NCBI GenBank assembly: GCA_036401015.1
Contig: DASWWD010000003.1
Location: forward strand, 37,912 to 101,911
Reading direction: 5' to 3'
DNA from: Lacunisphaera sp.
GTDB lineage: Bacteria; Verrucomicrobiota; Verrucomicrobiia; Opitutales; Opitutaceae
DNA length: 64,000 bases
A model generated the notes under the pieces. It was not told where the DNA came from. It did no database searches and saw only the letters and a program-made list of their open reading frames with translations. Below, in pieces: positions 33,217 to 44,423 of the stretch. Numbering within the stretch: the stretch's first letter is position 1; each line of letters begins with the position of its first letter. Position numbers and translations under genes: made by a program.

Positions 33217-34566
33217 TCAGACAAGTTCGCTGAGATGTTTCGCCTCGGGCCGGAGCGGGACCAGGTCCGTGAGATTCACCGGCAGGTTGCGCTTGATCGA
33301 CTCGACGCCGGCGATGCCGACGAGGATGGAGGCGGCGCCCTGCTCATGGCCGGCGAAGCGGCCCCACTGGTCGGTGGACGGGGCGTCCGGCGCGTAGAAC
33401 GACCGGTTGAGGATCTCGTCCGCGCCACCGTGCGCACCGGTGGCGGGCGGCATGGGCACGACGTAACCGGTCTGGAAGTGCGGATAGACCTTGATCCACT
33501 CGCCCTCGGCCTCGGAACCGGGCTTGATCTCAAGCTGGAAATCCTTCGGGCGGACGGCACGGTTCATATGCGAGCCGATGAACTCGTGATACTCGATGCG
33601 GCCGCGGTCGCCGTTGAAGGTGACACGCATGCCCTCGCGCGGCGAGTAGCAGACGAGCGAATAGGTCAGCACCTCGCCGGTGCGGTAGCGGACGTTGAGC
33701 GACATCTGGTCGTAGATGTCGATGCCCTCACGGAACACATTCCGGTCCCGGATGTAGCCGGAATCGGCCTCGCCGGCCCGGTAGATCTTGCGGAAGGACT
33801 CGCTCTCATCGAGGTCGAGGCGGAAGGGGTCGTCCTTGGCGGCGGGCTCGCCGGTGTAGCGCGGGTATTTGGTCAGCGCGCCGTCGCCGCGGGCCTCGGC
33901 GTTCTTCTTGCCGTAGAAGACGAGGTCACCGTAGGCGAAGACCTGGGCCGGGATCGCGTCGAGCCACCAGTTGACGAGGTCGAAATGGTGCGTGCTCTTG
34001 TGGACGAGCAGCGTGCCGGACTCGGCGGCGGACGCGTGCCAGCGGCGGAAGTAGTCGGCGCCGTGGTTGGTATCGAGGAGGTATTCGAGGTTGACCGAGC
34101 GGACCTTGCCGATGGTGCCGTTGGCGATGAGCTCCTTGACCTTGGTGCGAAAGGGGGCCCAGCGGTAGTTGAAGGCCACCCGCACGCGGCGGCCGGTGGC
34201 GCGCTGGGCGTCGAGGATCGCGCGACACTTGGCCGCGTCGGTCGTCATCGGCTTCTCCGTGATGACGTCGCAGCCGGCGTGCAGGGCGCGGACGATGTAG
34301 TCGTGGTGCGTGCTGTCCTTGGTGCAGACAAAGACGGTGTCGGGCTTCTCGGTGCGCAGCATCTCGTCGAAGCGGTCGGCGGGGTAGGCCGGCACGGCGT
34401 GATACCCCAGGTCGCCCGCGAGCAGGCCGTTGTAGTAGGCCATGCGGGCCGGGCTGAGGTCGCAGAGGGCGACGATTTCGTTGGTCGTCCGGTAGGTGGT
34501 GGCCACGGGCTCGATAAAGCTCAGGGCGCGGCCGCCGGTGCCGACGAAAGCAATGCGTTTCTTCAT
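33217..34566 (-). CDS. Gfo/Idh/MocA oxidoreductase (YteT-like)
   Basis: [42 protein letters not shown]; ATG at 34566. Confidence 0.88.
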   Translation of the reverse strand: MKKRIAFVGTGGRALSFIEPVATTYRTTNEIVALCDLSPARMAYYNGLLAGDLGYHAVPAYPADRFDEMLRTEKPDTVFVCTKDSTHHDYIVRALHAGCDVITEKPMTTDAAKCRAILDAQRATGRRVRVAFNYRWAPFRTKVKELIANGTIGKVRSVNLEYLLDTNHGADYFRRWHASAAESGTLLVHKSTHHFDLVNWWLDAIPAQVFAYGDLVFYGKKNAEARGDGALTKYPRYTGEPAAKDDPFRLDLDESESFRKIYRAGEADSGYIRDRNVFREGIDIYDQMSLNVRYRTGEVLTYSLVCYSPREGMRVTFNGDRGRIEYHEFIGSHMNRAVRPKDFQLEIKPGSEAEGEWIKVYPHFQTGYVVPMPPATGAHGGADEILNRSFYAPDAPSTDQWGRFAGHEQGAASILVGIAGVESIKRNLPVNLTDLVPLRPEAKHLSELV

Positions 34567-34702
34567 GGGGCGGAGGCCAAGCTGCGGCGTTTCCCGGTCT
34601 GGAGCAAGGCCCGGGCCGCGAAATGATTTCTTACCGTCAACATGCCGCAGAACAAAGCTGCTTTTTGCCGCCGGGTCCGCTAGTTCCCCTGCCCTACCTC
34701 CC

Positions 34703-35017
34703 ATGATCCGTAAAGCCTTCATCATGTCGGTCAACGCCGGCGCCGAGGCGGAATACGCCCGCCGCCACCAGCCCATCTGGGACGAGCTCGCCGCCGTCCT
34801 CAAGAGCCACGGGGCACACAACTACACCATCTTCCTCGACCCGGCCACGCGCCAACTTTTCGGCTACGTTGAGATCGAGGACGAGGCCCGCTGGAATGCG
34901 ATCGCGCGCACCGAGGTCTGCCAGCGCTGGTGGAAGCACATGGGTGACATCATGCCTTCCAACCCCGACCACAGCCCGGTCTCCCGCGGCCTGAACGAGG
35001 TTTTCCACCTGGCTTGA
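34703..35017 (+). CDS. rhaM: L-rhamnose mutarotase
   Basis: [38 protein letters not shown]. Confidence 0.93.
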   Translation: MIRKAFIMSVNAGAEAEYARRHQPIWDELAAVLKSHGAHNYTIFLDPATRQLFGYVEIEDEARWNAIARTEVCQRWWKHMGDIMPSNPDHSPVSRGLNEVFHLA

Positions 35018-36534
35018 ATCCGTCCGCTTCAGCCCCCCTGCTGACACTGCGGCGCATCGCCAAGAACTTTGGCGGCGTGCGTGCGCTGCGCGGGGTGGAC
35101 TTCGACCTCGCGGCCGGCGAGGTGCATGCGCTGCTCGGCGAGAACGGCGCCGGCAAGAGCACGCTCATCAAGGTCGTGACCGGCGCCCACCTGCCCGATG
35201 ACGGCGAGATCACCGTCGCCGGCCGGACGGTGCGCAGGCTCACCCCCACCCTCGCCCAGCAGCTTGGCATCGCCTGCATCTACCAACAACCCGCGCTCTT
35301 TCCCGATCTCACCGTCGCCGAGAACATCGGCCTACGCCTCGAGCACGGCGGCGCCAGGCGGCGGATCGACTGGCCCGCGCGCCGCGCGCGGGCGAAGGAC
35401 CTGCTGGTGCGCGTCGGGGCCGCCATCGACCCCGAGGCCGAGGTCAACGAGCTCTCGATGCCCGAGCAGCAGCTGGTCGAGATCGCCTGCGCCGTCGGCG
35501 CCGGCGCGCGGATCGTCATCATGGACGAACCCACCGCCTCGCTCACCCAGCGCGAGCAGGCGCGGCTCTTCACCGTCGTGCGCGAGCTGCGCACGGCCGG
35601 CGTCGGCGTCGTCTACATCTCGCACCGGCTGGAGGAGATCTTCGCCCTCGCCGACCGCGTGACCGTGCTGCGCGACGGCGCCAGCGTGGGCACGCACGAC
35701 GTCAAGACCATGGACGAGGCCGGCCTGATCAAGCTCATGGTCGGCCGCGAGGTCGCCCAGCTTTACCCGCCCGCCGAGTCGCCGCCGGGGGACGTCGTGC
35801 TGTCGCTGCAGAATGTCGGCTGTGCCGCGTCCGGCGTGCGGAACGTCAGCCTCGAACTGCGGGCCGGCGAGGTTTTCGGCCTGGCGGGCCTCGTCGGGGC
35901 CGGCCGCACGGAGCTGGCGCGCGTGCTGTTCGGTCTGACCCCCGCCGACAGCGGGGAGATCCGGCTCAACGGCCGCGCCATCACCCTCCTTTCACCGCAA
36001 CAAGCGATCGAACTCGGCCTCGCCTACGTCCCGGAGGACCGGCGCCGGCACGGCGTGATCCTAGAGATGCCCATCGCGCAGAACATGACGATGGCGGTGC
36101 ACCGCCGGATTTTTCCCGGCACCTGGCTGCGGGACGGCGCGGAGCTGGCGCTGGCGCTGGATTATGTCCGCGATCTCGCCGTGAAATGCGCCGGCCCGGA
36201 CGCGCCCGGCGGCAGCCTTTCCGGCGGCAACCAGCAGAAGGTCTCGCTCGCCCGCTGGCTGGCGACCAAGCCGCGCGTGCTCATTCTCGACGAGCCGACG
36301 CAGGGCGTGGACGTCGGCGCCAAGAGTGAGATCCACCGGATCATCCGCCGGCTGGCGAAGGACGGCCTCGCCGTGCTCATGATCTCCAGCGACCTGCCCG
36401 AGGTGCTCGGCATGAGCGACCGCATCGGCGTGATGCGCGGCGGCGCGCTGGCCGCGGTGCTGCCGGGCGGCAGCGACGCCCACACGGTGATGGCGGCCGC
36501 CCTGGGCCAGGAAACCGGCAAGGGGGCCGCATGA
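35014..36534 (+). CDS. Sugar (rhamnose) ABC transporter ATP-binding protein
   Basis: [37 protein letters not shown]; two NBDs. Confidence 0.93.
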   Translation: MNPSASAPLLTLRRIAKNFGGVRALRGVDFDLAAGEVHALLGENGAGKSTLIKVVTGAHLPDDGEITVAGRTVRRLTPTLAQQLGIACIYQQPALFPDLTVAENIGLRLEHGGARRRIDWPARRARAKDLLVRVGAAIDPEAEVNELSMPEQQLVEIACAVGAGARIVIMDEPTASLTQREQARLFTVVRELRTAGVGVVYISHRLEEIFALADRVTVLRDGASVGTHDVKTMDEAGLIKLMVGREVAQLYPPAESPPGDVVLSLQNVGCAASGVRNVSLELRAGEVFGLAGLVGAGRTELARVLFGLTPADSGEIRLNGRAITLLSPQQAIELGLAYVPEDRRRHGVILEMPIAQNMTMAVHRRIFPGTWLRDGAELALALDYVRDLAVKCAGPDAPGGSLSGGNQQKVSLARWLATKPRVLILDEPTQGVDVGAKSEIHRIIRRLAKDGLAVLMISSDLPEVLGMSDRIGVMRGGALAAVLPGGSDAHTVMAAALGQETGKGAA

Positions 36535-37460
36535 AGCGCTATTTCCGCGAACTCTCCGTGTCGGCGGCGCTCGGGATCGTGCTGCTCGGACTGGCGGTGT
36601 TCGCCCCGGCTTTTTTCCAGCCGCAACCCCTGCTCTCGCTCGTCACCCGCGAGGCGCCGACCCTGCTCGTGGCCTGCGGCATGGCGCTCGTGATCATCTG
36701 CCGGCAGATTGACATCTCTGTCGGCTCCCAGTTCTCGGTCTGCAGTGTGTGCGCCGGCTTGCTCGCCGCCCGCGGCTGGCCGCTGGCACTCGTGGTGCCT
36801 GCTTCAGTCGGACTTGGTGCACTGATGGGCGCAATCAACGGCGGACTGGTCGCCGGCCTGCGCCTGCCCTCGATCGTCGTGACCCTCGCGACCATGGTCA
36901 CCCTGCGGCAGGGACTGAATCTCGTGCGCCAGGGCGAATTCGTGAACCTGCCCGACAATGTGCAATGGTTCGGCCTCTCCCAGAGCGCCGGCCAGTGGAC
37001 GCTGGTGCTCTCCGCGCTCGCCGTGCTGGTCGTCATCGGTCTGGCCATGCGACACTGGTCGGCCGGTCGCCAGGTTTATGCCGTGGGCACCAACGCCGAG
37101 GCCGCGCGCCTGGCGGGTATCCCGCCGCAACGCGTCACTTTCCTCGTGTTCGTCTTCCTCGGCGCCCTGACCGGACTCGCGGCCATCATGAACATCGTGC
37201 AGTCGCCGCAGGTGCAGCCGCTGTCAGGGGCGGGCCTGGAGCTGAAGGTCATTGCGGCGGTCGTGGTGGGCGGCGTCGCCATCGCGGGTGGCCGCGGCAA
37301 CCTCTGGGGCGCCTTCGCCGGGTTGCTGCTGCTGGCTTGCGTGTCCCCGGCACTGACACACCTGCACATCGAGGCCTATTGGGAAAAGGCCATCCAGGGC
37401 GCCATCATCCTGCTCGCGGTCGTCGCCGACGGCGTGCGGCAGAGGAGGGCCGGCCCATGA
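36531..37460 (+). CDS. Sugar ABC transporter permease
   Basis: IDISVGS, LPSIVVTL, GGVAIAGGRG; multiple TM segments. Confidence 0.92.
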   Translation: MKRYFRELSVSAALGIVLLGLAVFAPAFFQPQPLLSLVTREAPTLLVACGMALVIICRQIDISVGSQFSVCSVCAGLLAARGWPLALVVPASVGLGALMGAINGGLVAGLRLPSIVVTLATMVTLRQGLNLVRQGEFVNLPDNVQWFGLSQSAGQWTLVLSALAVLVVIGLAMRHWSAGRQVYAVGTNAEAARLAGIPPQRVTFLVFVFLGALTGLAAIMNIVQSPQVQPLSGAGLELKVIAAVVVGGVAIAGGRGNLWGAFAGLLLLACVSPALTHLHIEAYWEKAIQGAIILLAVVADGVRQRRAGP

Positions 37461-38494
37461 GCGCGCCCGCGAATCAACCCGGCTGGAAGGCCGTCTTCCT
37501 GCGCTACGAGATGCTGCTGTTCGCCGTGCTCGTGGCGGAGTGGCTGCTGTTCTATTATTTCGGCACGACGACCAACCGCCGCGGCGTGGTCGTGGGTTTC
37601 GGCACCATGGACCGCCAGTTCGACATCCTGCGCCACTCCTGCGAGATCGGCCTGCTGGCGCTCGCGCTGACGCCGGTCATCATCACGGCCGGCATCGACC
37701 TGTCGGTCGGCTCACTGCTGGGGCTCTGCGCCATCTTGTTCGGCAAGCTGTGGTTCGACGGCGGGCTGCCGATCCCGGTCGCGGCGGGCCTGACGCTCGT
37801 GATCGGCGCCCTGGCCGGCGGGCTGAACGCCGGGCTCATCACGGGGCTGCGGCTGCCGCCGTTGATCGTGACCCTCGGCACCTATTCGCTCTTCCGCGGC
37901 CTGGCCGAGGCGATCACGCACGGCGCGATCACCTACACGGATTTCCCGGCGAGCTTCCTCTTCGTCGGCCAGGAACGCTGGCTCGGCCTGCCGGTGCAGG
38001 CCTGGCTGTTCGCTCTCGTGGCCGTGGCCGTCTGGCTGCTGGTGCACCGCACGGTGTTCGGCCGCTCGTTCCGCGCGATCGGCTTCTCACCCGAGGGTGC
38101 GCGCTATGCGGGCCTGCCGGTGGAACGGCGCGTGGCGCTGGTCTATGTGCTGGCGGGACTCATCTCGGCGCTGGCCGCCATCATCTACACGGCCCGGCTC
38201 GGCCAGGCCAAGGCCGACGCCGGCACCGGCTACGAGCTGTTCGCCATCACCGCTGTCGTGCTCGGCGGCACCAGCATCTTCGGCGGCAAGGGCAGCGTGA
38301 CCGGCACCCTGCTGGGCGTGGCGCTCATCGCCGTGCTCAAGAGCGGCCTCGCCACCCTGCCCGTCGTCATCCGCCTGAACGCCGCCGAGGAAATCTCCGG
38401 TCTCCTGACGGGCGCCCTGCTGCTGGTCGCGCTCACCGGGAGCGTTTTGCCAAAAATCTTGTCTGGTCTCCGCGGCCGCCGTCAGGCTGGCTGA
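37457..38494 (+). CDS. Sugar ABC transporter permease
   Basis: ATG at 37457 overlapping upstream TGA; GIDLSVGS, ELFAITAVVLGGTSI.GG.G. Confidence 0.92.
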   Translation: MSAPANQPGWKAVFLRYEMLLFAVLVAEWLLFYYFGTTTNRRGVVVGFGTMDRQFDILRHSCEIGLLALALTPVIITAGIDLSVGSLLGLCAILFGKLWFDGGLPIPVAAGLTLVIGALAGGLNAGLITGLRLPPLIVTLGTYSLFRGLAEAITHGAITYTDFPASFLFVGQERWLGLPVQAWLFALVAVAVWLLVHRTVFGRSFRAIGFSPEGARYAGLPVERRVALVYVLAGLISALAAIIYTARLGQAKADAGTGYELFAITAVVLGGTSIFGGKGSVTGTLLGVALIAVLKSGLATLPVVIRLNAAEEISGLLTGALLLVALTGSVLPKILSGLRGRRQAG

Positions 38495-38515
38495 ATCTTT
38501 CAACCCCTACCCCGC

Positions 38516-39496
38516 ATGAAATCCCTCCGTCTCGGCGTCCTCGCCGCCCTGTTCTCCGCCGTCGCCACGGTCCTGACCGCTGCCGACGCCAAGCTCATGA
38601 TCGCGCTGATGCCCAAGGCCAAGGGCAACGCCTACTTCCTTTCCGTGAAGGCCGGCGCCGAGAAGGCCGCCAAGGAGCTGAACGTCGAGCTGCTGTTCGA
38701 CGGCCCGACCGACACCAACGCCGCCAAGCAGAACGAGATCGTCGAGAACTGGATCACCCTCGGCGTGGACGTCATCGCCGTGGCCGCCGAGAACAAGGAG
38801 GGCATTTCCACGGCGCTCCGCAAGGCGCAGAAGTCCGGCACCAAGGTCATCACCTATGACGCGGACGCCCTGCCCGACGCCCGCTCCTTCTTCGTCAACC
38901 AGGCCACGCCCGAGGGCATCGGCCAGGGGCTGATGGACGAAGCCGCCCGCCTGATGAACAACGAGGGCGAGCTGGCCATCATCACCGCCACCCTCACCGC
39001 CGCCAACCAGCGCGAGTGGATGAAACACATCGAGGCGCGCCTGAAGTCCGCCTACCCGAACATCAAGCTCGTCGCCGTCCGCCCCTGCGACGACCTGAAG
39101 GACCGCGCCCAGTCCGAGGCCACCGCGCTCATGAGCGCCAACCCGAACCTGAAGCTCATCATGGCCATCTGCACCCCCGGCGTCCCGGGCGCGGCCGAGG
39201 CCGTCAAACAGGCCGGCAAGACGGGCCGGGTGAAGGTCATCGGCCTCGGCCTGCCCAACGAGAACAAGCGCTACGTCCACGAGGGCGTGACCGAGAGCGT
39301 GATCCTCTGGAACACGATGGATCTCGGTTACCTGACGATCTACGCCGGCACGGCGCTGGCCAAGGAACAGCTCAAGCCTGGCGCCACCAGCTTCAAGGCC
39401 GGCGCGATGGGCACCTTCGAGATCAAGGGCGACAACATCCTCCTCGGTAAACCCTTCATCTTCAACAAGGGTAACATCGACCAGTTCGACTTCTGA
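38516..39496 (+). CDS. Rhamnose/AI-2-type ABC substrate-binding protein
   Basis: Signal peptide; LMPKAKGNAYF, ITYDAD, FFVNQAT, LGLPNE, LWNTMDLGYL. Confidence 0.92.
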   Translation: MKSLRLGVLAALFSAVATVLTAADAKLMIALMPKAKGNAYFLSVKAGAEKAAKELNVELLFDGPTDTNAAKQNEIVENWITLGVDVIAVAAENKEGISTALRKAQKSGTKVITYDADALPDARSFFVNQATPEGIGQGLMDEAARLMNNEGELAIITATLTAANQREWMKHIEARLKSAYPNIKLVAVRPCDDLKDRAQSEATALMSANPNLKLIMAICTPGVPGAAEAVKQAGKTGRVKVIGLGLPNENKRYVHEGVTESVILWNTMDLGYLTIYAGTALAKEQLKPGATSFKAGAMGTFEIKGDNILLGKPFIFNKGNIDQFDF

Positions 39497-39517
39497 GCCG
39501 GACCATCTCCTGCAAAT

Positions 39518-39549
39518 AAAAAAGCCGGCCCAATCGGGCCGGCTTTTTT
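39518..39549. terminator. Bidirectional rho-independent terminator
   Basis: AAAAAAGCCGGCCC-AATC-GGGCCGGCTTTTTT between convergent genes. Confidence 0.9.
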
Positions 39550-39566
39550 ATTGAATCAAGTCTGGC

Positions 39567-40259
39567 TTATTCGTCGCGACGACCACCCATGATGATCATC
39601 AGGATGTGCAGCAGGCTGCCGAGGGAGGCGACGAACGCGGCCACGTAGGTCAGGGCGGCGGCATCGAGCGTCTGGTTGACGCCGGGCATCTCGTCGCGGT
39701 CGACGATGCCGAGGTTGACGAGCTGGGCCTTGGCCCGGGCCGTCGCGTCGAACTCCACCGGCAGCGTGACCAGTTGGAACACGCAGATGGTCGCCAGCGC
39801 CACGGCGCCAAGCATCAGGAAGATGCCGCCGGCGGCCTGGGCGCCCAGCACGATGCCGATGATGATGAGGAACTGCGAGGCGCCCGAGGCGATCTGCGTG
39901 GCCGGCACCAGGGTCTGGCGCAGCGACATCATGGAGTAGCCGACCTTGTGCTGGATGGCGTGCCCGGCCTCGTGGGCCGCGACCCCGAGGGCGGCGAGGC
40001 TGGTGCCGTCGTAGTTGAACTCCGAGAGCGCGAGGCGCTTCTTGCTCGGGTCGTAATGGTCGGTCAGCTGACCCGGCACACGGATGATCTCAACGTCGTG
40101 GATGCCGGCGCTCTCCATGACGGCGGCGGCCGCCTCGCGGCCGGTGATGTGGCCGCGGGAGGGGATGCGCACGTTCTTGTTGTAGGCGCTGGTGACGCGC
40201 ATCTGCGCGTAGAAGCCGAACAGGAGCGGAACGATGATGAGTAGAGCCCAGATAAGCAT
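39567..40259 (-). CDS. YugP-family zinc metallopeptidase (membrane)
   Basis: LTDHYDP, AAHEAGHAIQH, TLPVEFDATARA, AALTYVA. Confidence 0.92.
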   Translation of the reverse strand: MLIWALLIIVPLLFGFYAQMRVTSAYNKNVRIPSRGHITGREAAAAVMESAGIHDVEIIRVPGQLTDHYDPSKKRLALSEFNYDGTSLAALGVAAHEAGHAIQHKVGYSMMSLRQTLVPATQIASGASQFLIIIGIVLGAQAAGGIFLMLGAVALATICVFQLVTLPVEFDATARAKAQLVNLGIVDRDEMPGVNQTLDAAALTYVAAFVASLGSLLHILMIIMGGRRDE

Positions 40260-40362
40260 GGTTGGATCGGGTTAAAATTGGATGGCAGGAAGGTCGCCAG
40301 CGGCGGGCATTTTTCCAGCGGAAAATGCCCGGCTGGAAACGGACGGAAACGTTGTAAACCCC

Positions 40363-42420
40363 TCAGGCCAAGCCGGCCCGGAGCAGCAGGGCCGACAGGT
40401 CGGGCGGGCGCCCCATGAAGTCGGTAAAAAGCTGCATGGGATCGGCGGCATTGCCCCGGCTGAGGACCTTGGCCACGAAGTCGCGGCCGACCTGCTCGTT
40501 GAAGATGCCCTCGCGCTTGAAGCGCGTGAACGCATCGGCATCGAGCACCTCCGCCCACTTGTAGGAATAGTAGCCGGCGGCGTAGCCCGTCGGGTCCGAG
40601 AAGATGTGAGTGAAACGGTTCTCGATGGTCGGGGCCGGCGGCTCGGTTGGCACGAGGTAGTCGCGCAACAAGGCCTGCAGCCGGGGCGACACCTCACCGG
40701 CCGCGTAATCGGCGGCATGCAGGTGTAGGTCGAGGTCCATGCGGGCAAAGGCCAGCTGGCGCATCGTGGCGGAGGCACTGCGGAAATTCCGCGCGGCGAT
40801 CATCCGCTGGAAAAGCGCGTCGGGGATGGCGGCGCCGGTCTCGTGGTGCCGGGCGAAGAGGTCGAGGCTGGCGCGCTCCCAGCACCAGTTCTCCATGATC
40901 TGCGAGGGCAGCTCGACGAAGTCCCAGGCGACGTTCACACCGTTGAGCGACTTGATCTGCACCTCGCCCAGCAGGTGGTGCAGCAGGTGGCCGAACTCGT
41001 GGAAGACCGTCTCGACCTCGTGGTGCGTGAGCAGCGCGGGCTTGCCGCCCTGGGCGGGCGTCATGTTGCCGCACATCAGGCCGAGATGCGGCGCGCGCGG
41101 GCCGCCGGCGACGGGACCGCCGGTGATGAGGTAGTTCATCCAGGCCCCGCCGCGCTTGGACTCGCGCGGGTGCCAGTCGGCATAAAACGAGCCGAGGTGG
41201 CGGCCGGCGCGGTCATGGACGTCGTAATATTTCACCTCGGGATGCCAGACCTCGACCGTCCCGGCCGGACGCTCCGTCACCCGGATGCCGAACACGCGGC
41301 CCGTGATCTCAAACAGGCCCGCCAGCACGCCCGGCAGCGGGAAATACGGCCGGAGCTGCTCCTCGTCGAAATCGTAGCGCGCCCGGCGCAGCCGCTCGGC
41401 CCAGAAGGCCGTTTCCCACGGCGCCAGGGGCGCCGGGGCGGTCCCGGTCTGTTCCGCCTTGAAGGCTGCGAGTTCACGACTTTCGCGGGCGAAGGCCGTC
41501 TTCACCCTGTCATGGAGATCCTCGATGAAGGCCAGCGCGGCGGCTCCGCTCTTGGCCATACGGCGCTGCAACACGAGGTCGGCGAAATGCGGCTGCCCGA
41601 GCAACGCCGCCTTCTCGTGGCGCAGGGCGAGGATGCGTTTGACGAGATCGCGGTTGTCCTGGGCCCCCTCCCGGCCGACCGCGATGGCGGCAGACCACAC
41701 CTGCCGGCGCAGTTCCGCATCCTCGGCGTAAAGCATGACCGGCTCCTGCGAGGGCCCGTGCAGCGTGAACCGCCAGACCGGGGCGGCCTCCGTCCCCTGC
41801 CCCTTCTTGAGCGCGCTCTGCCGGGCGGACTCCCGGGCATGCGCCGGCAGGCCGGCCAGGCGGGTCGGGTCGGTGACCAGCAATTCCCAGGCATTGGTCG
41901 CATCGAGGACATTCTCGGAATATTTCTGCGTGAGCTGGGCGAGCTCGCTCTGCACGGCCTCCAGCCGCGCCTTTTTTTCCGCCGGCAGATCGGCGCCCTG
42001 CTGGCGGAAGTCGGCCATGGTTTCATCCACGAAGCGCCGGTGCTCACCCGCCAGGGCCGCCGCGGCCGGAAGGTTCGCCGCGGCCTTGAGCCGCAGCCAG
42101 ACCTCCGCGTTGAGGGGGATCTTCGCGAAGAAGGCCGAGACCTTCGGCAATATGGCGTTATGGGCGTCACGCAGCGGCGCCGCGTCGGCCACGCTGGTGA
42201 GGTGGGTGACCTTGGCCCAGGACTCGTTCAGCAGTTCCGTGGCCTGCTCGAGGGCGAGAAAGGTGTTCTGATAATTGACCGATGCGACCGGCAGGGCGGC
42301 GATGCGCGCCAACGCGGCCTCGGCGTCGGCCAGGGCGGCCTCGACCGCCGGTCCCACGCGATCCGCGGTGAGCTGCGACCAGGCAATCTGAAAGGAACGG
42401 TCGAGAAAGGGATTGTCCAT
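40363..42420 (-). CDS. prlC: M3 oligopeptidase A
   Basis: FHEFGHLLH, DFVELPSQIMENW, AGYYSYKWAEVL; start taken at MDNPF. Confidence 0.93.
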   Translation of the reverse strand: MDNPFLDRSFQIAWSQLTADRVGPAVEAALADAEAALARIAALPVASVNYQNTFLALEQATELLNESWAKVTHLTSVADAAPLRDAHNAILPKVSAFFAKIPLNAEVWLRLKAAANLPAAAALAGEHRRFVDETMADFRQQGADLPAEKKARLEAVQSELAQLTQKYSENVLDATNAWELLVTDPTRLAGLPAHARESARQSALKKGQGTEAAPVWRFTLHGPSQEPVMLYAEDAELRRQVWSAAIAVGREGAQDNRDLVKRILALRHEKAALLGQPHFADLVLQRRMAKSGAAALAFIEDLHDRVKTAFARESRELAAFKAEQTGTAPAPLAPWETAFWAERLRRARYDFDEEQLRPYFPLPGVLAGLFEITGRVFGIRVTERPAGTVEVWHPEVKYYDVHDRAGRHLGSFYADWHPRESKRGGAWMNYLITGGPVAGGPRAPHLGLMCGNMTPAQGGKPALLTHHEVETVFHEFGHLLHHLLGEVQIKSLNGVNVAWDFVELPSQIMENWCWERASLDLFARHHETGAAIPDALFQRMIAARNFRSASATMRQLAFARMDLDLHLHAADYAAGEVSPRLQALLRDYLVPTEPPAPTIENRFTHIFSDPTGYAAGYYSYKWAEVLDADAFTRFKREGIFNEQVGRDFVAKVLSRGNAADPMQLFTDFMGRPPDLSALLLRAGLA

Positions 42421-42473
42421 CAGGCGCGTAATGACCGCGCCCGGCACAGGTCTGTCAAACGAATTGACCGCGC

Positions 42474-44330
42474 TTACCAGCGGTAGGCCGCACCGAGGGA
42501 GAACTGCCGCCGGGCCGCCGGCACCTGCGGCACTTCCTGGAAATCATCGCCCCACAGGTTCTCGACCAGCGCGGAGAACTCGAGCCCCCGCAACCCGGGC
42601 GGCAGATAATACAGGCCCGCGGACGCCAGCACCGCCGTGTCCCCGCCCGCGACCCGCAGAAGATTCTTCTCTTGCAGTCGGAATTCATTGTCCACCCGCA
42701 CCTCGAAACCCCGCCCCAGGCGCGCGGTCACGGCGGCGGTCAGCCGGTGCCGCGCGAAGTTGAGCGCGTAGAAACTGGCGTCGATCGTCGCGGCGCCGTA
42801 ATCGGCGTCCTTGTCGAGAAAGGTGTAGCCGAGGACGAAGTCATAGCGCGGGGTCCGGCGCGTCGCGACGATCTCCACACCCAAGGTGCCGATGTCGACG
42901 GCATTGGCCGTGCGGGCGGTGACGCCGCGCGTGAACGTCCAGTCGGTCAGCTCGTCATCCCAGCGGTGAAACACGGCGGCCTCGACCTTCCACCCGGCCG
43001 GCTGGAACGAAAACCCCGCCTCGAGGTTGCGGCTGGTCGCGCGCCCGAGGTTGGGATTGCCGCGAAACAAGCCGGCGGCGGGATTGGAGTTCAGCGCCGT
43101 GTAAGTCGCCACCTGCGTCGTCTCGGAATATTGCGCGTAAAGGCGCGAGCCGTCGGGCCGGGTCAACGCCGCCTCAAGGATCGGCGACAGCGCAGAGTCA
43201 TCGCGATTGGTGTCATCGTAGGCGGCGCCGGCGCGCAGCTTGAGCCGGCCCGTCGCCGTGGCGAATTCACGCTCGGGCACAACGGACGCCTTGTAATATT
43301 CCCTCGTCCGGAAGCGACCGAAGGTCAGCGCCGTGGACTGGAGGCTGTCGCGCATCGCCTGGACGCCGTAAGTGACGGCGTAATCGCCGAACCCCTGGTG
43401 CCCGTCGAGCGCCAGCGCGCGGACATGCGTGGTGTGGATGAAGGGATTCGAGGCTCCCGGCACGGCGCGGTTGAACTCGTAGTCGTCGTCATTGCGCCGG
43501 TAGTAGGCGCCGACCTGCCAGTAATTTTCCGGCGACGTCCAGGCCCGGTGATTGAAGGCATAGAGGGTCGTGCGCAGGTCCTCGGTCTCGTTGAAACCGA
43601 ACGGCGTGTAGAGATTGGGCCAGCCGAAGAACTTCTGCTGCACGCCGGCGAAGAGGTCGGTCTGACTTTGTCCGCCCTGCAACTGCAGGCGCCCGGAGGC
43701 GCGCCGGAAGTCGTGGTCGCCGAACGGCACCGAGCCGTCGGACTCCGACCGCGACAACTCGACATCGGCCGCGAAGGTCTGCCCGCCATGTTCGCCGGGC
43801 AGCACCAGCCCCTGGTAGAGGCTCTGGCGGTTGGTGGCGTAGTCGCCGAACGCGACGGCCGCCTCGCCGCGCTGCTCGATCGGCCGCCAGCCGTAGGCCA
43901 CCGTGCCCACGCCGGCGTTGAAGCCCGCCGCGGCATTGTCCGCCCCCGTGAGCACCCGGGGCGAAAGCAGCATGGCCGGCGCGATGGGGAGCTCCGCGAA
44001 GTAATGCCCCGTCTGCGGATCATAGAGCGACACCGCACCAACCTTGAAGCCGGTGTTCTCAAACACCCCGCCGCGGATCGCGACGTCCGCCTGTCCCTCG
44101 GCCAGGTTGCGTGCCTGCACGTCGACCCGCGGCTCAAAGCGCAGGCCCGAAACCGGCATGGCAAAGGTCGCCACCGGCGTCTGGTTGGCCACCTGCGCGG
44201 AGTAGGTCGCCATTTTCGGCAGCGCATAGGCCGGCTCGTCGGCCCGGGCCGCTGCGAAGGCGAACAGCCAGCCGGCTGAACAAACCACCGCACGACCGGC
44301 GCGAAGGGAAAAATGCGAGGGGGACGGCAT
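42474..44330 (-). CDS. TonB-dependent receptor
   Basis: DVAIRGG plug motif, YDPQTGH, beta-barrel pattern, C-terminal aromatic RQFSLGAAYRW. Confidence 0.85.
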   Translation of the reverse strand: MPSPSHFSLRAGRAVVCSAGWLFAFAAARADEPAYALPKMATYSAQVANQTPVATFAMPVSGLRFEPRVDVQARNLAEGQADVAIRGGVFENTGFKVGAVSLYDPQTGHYFAELPIAPAMLLSPRVLTGADNAAAGFNAGVGTVAYGWRPIEQRGEAAVAFGDYATNRQSLYQGLVLPGEHGGQTFAADVELSRSESDGSVPFGDHDFRRASGRLQLQGGQSQTDLFAGVQQKFFGWPNLYTPFGFNETEDLRTTLYAFNHRAWTSPENYWQVGAYYRRNDDDYEFNRAVPGASNPFIHTTHVRALALDGHQGFGDYAVTYGVQAMRDSLQSTALTFGRFRTREYYKASVVPEREFATATGRLKLRAGAAYDDTNRDDSALSPILEAALTRPDGSRLYAQYSETTQVATYTALNSNPAAGLFRGNPNLGRATSRNLEAGFSFQPAGWKVEAAVFHRWDDELTDWTFTRGVTARTANAVDIGTLGVEIVATRRTPRYDFVLGYTFLDKDADYGAATIDASFYALNFARHRLTAAVTARLGRGFEVRVDNEFRLQEKNLLRVAGGDTAVLASAGLYYLPPGLRGLEFSALVENLWGDDFQEVPQVPAARRQFSLGAAYRW

Positions 44331-44377
44331 TGGGTTAAATCAATATTTAGGTAAACTTAACCAAGGTAAGCCAAATA

Positions 44378-44398
44378 AAGCCGCTCCGGGAGCGGCTT
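44378..44398 (-). terminator. Probable terminator after the ferredoxin gene
   Basis: AAGCCGCTC-CGG-GAGCGGCTT stem followed by a T-rich run on the minus strand. Confidence 0.55.
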
Positions 44399-44423
44399 GG
44401 GAATTGGGGGGGGGAGGCGGGGC

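Noticed and set aside
44330-44420. Cobalamin or other riboswitch upstream of the TonB receptor
   Set aside because: Spacer is under 100 bp and mostly the ferredoxin terminator; no conserved riboswitch core seen.
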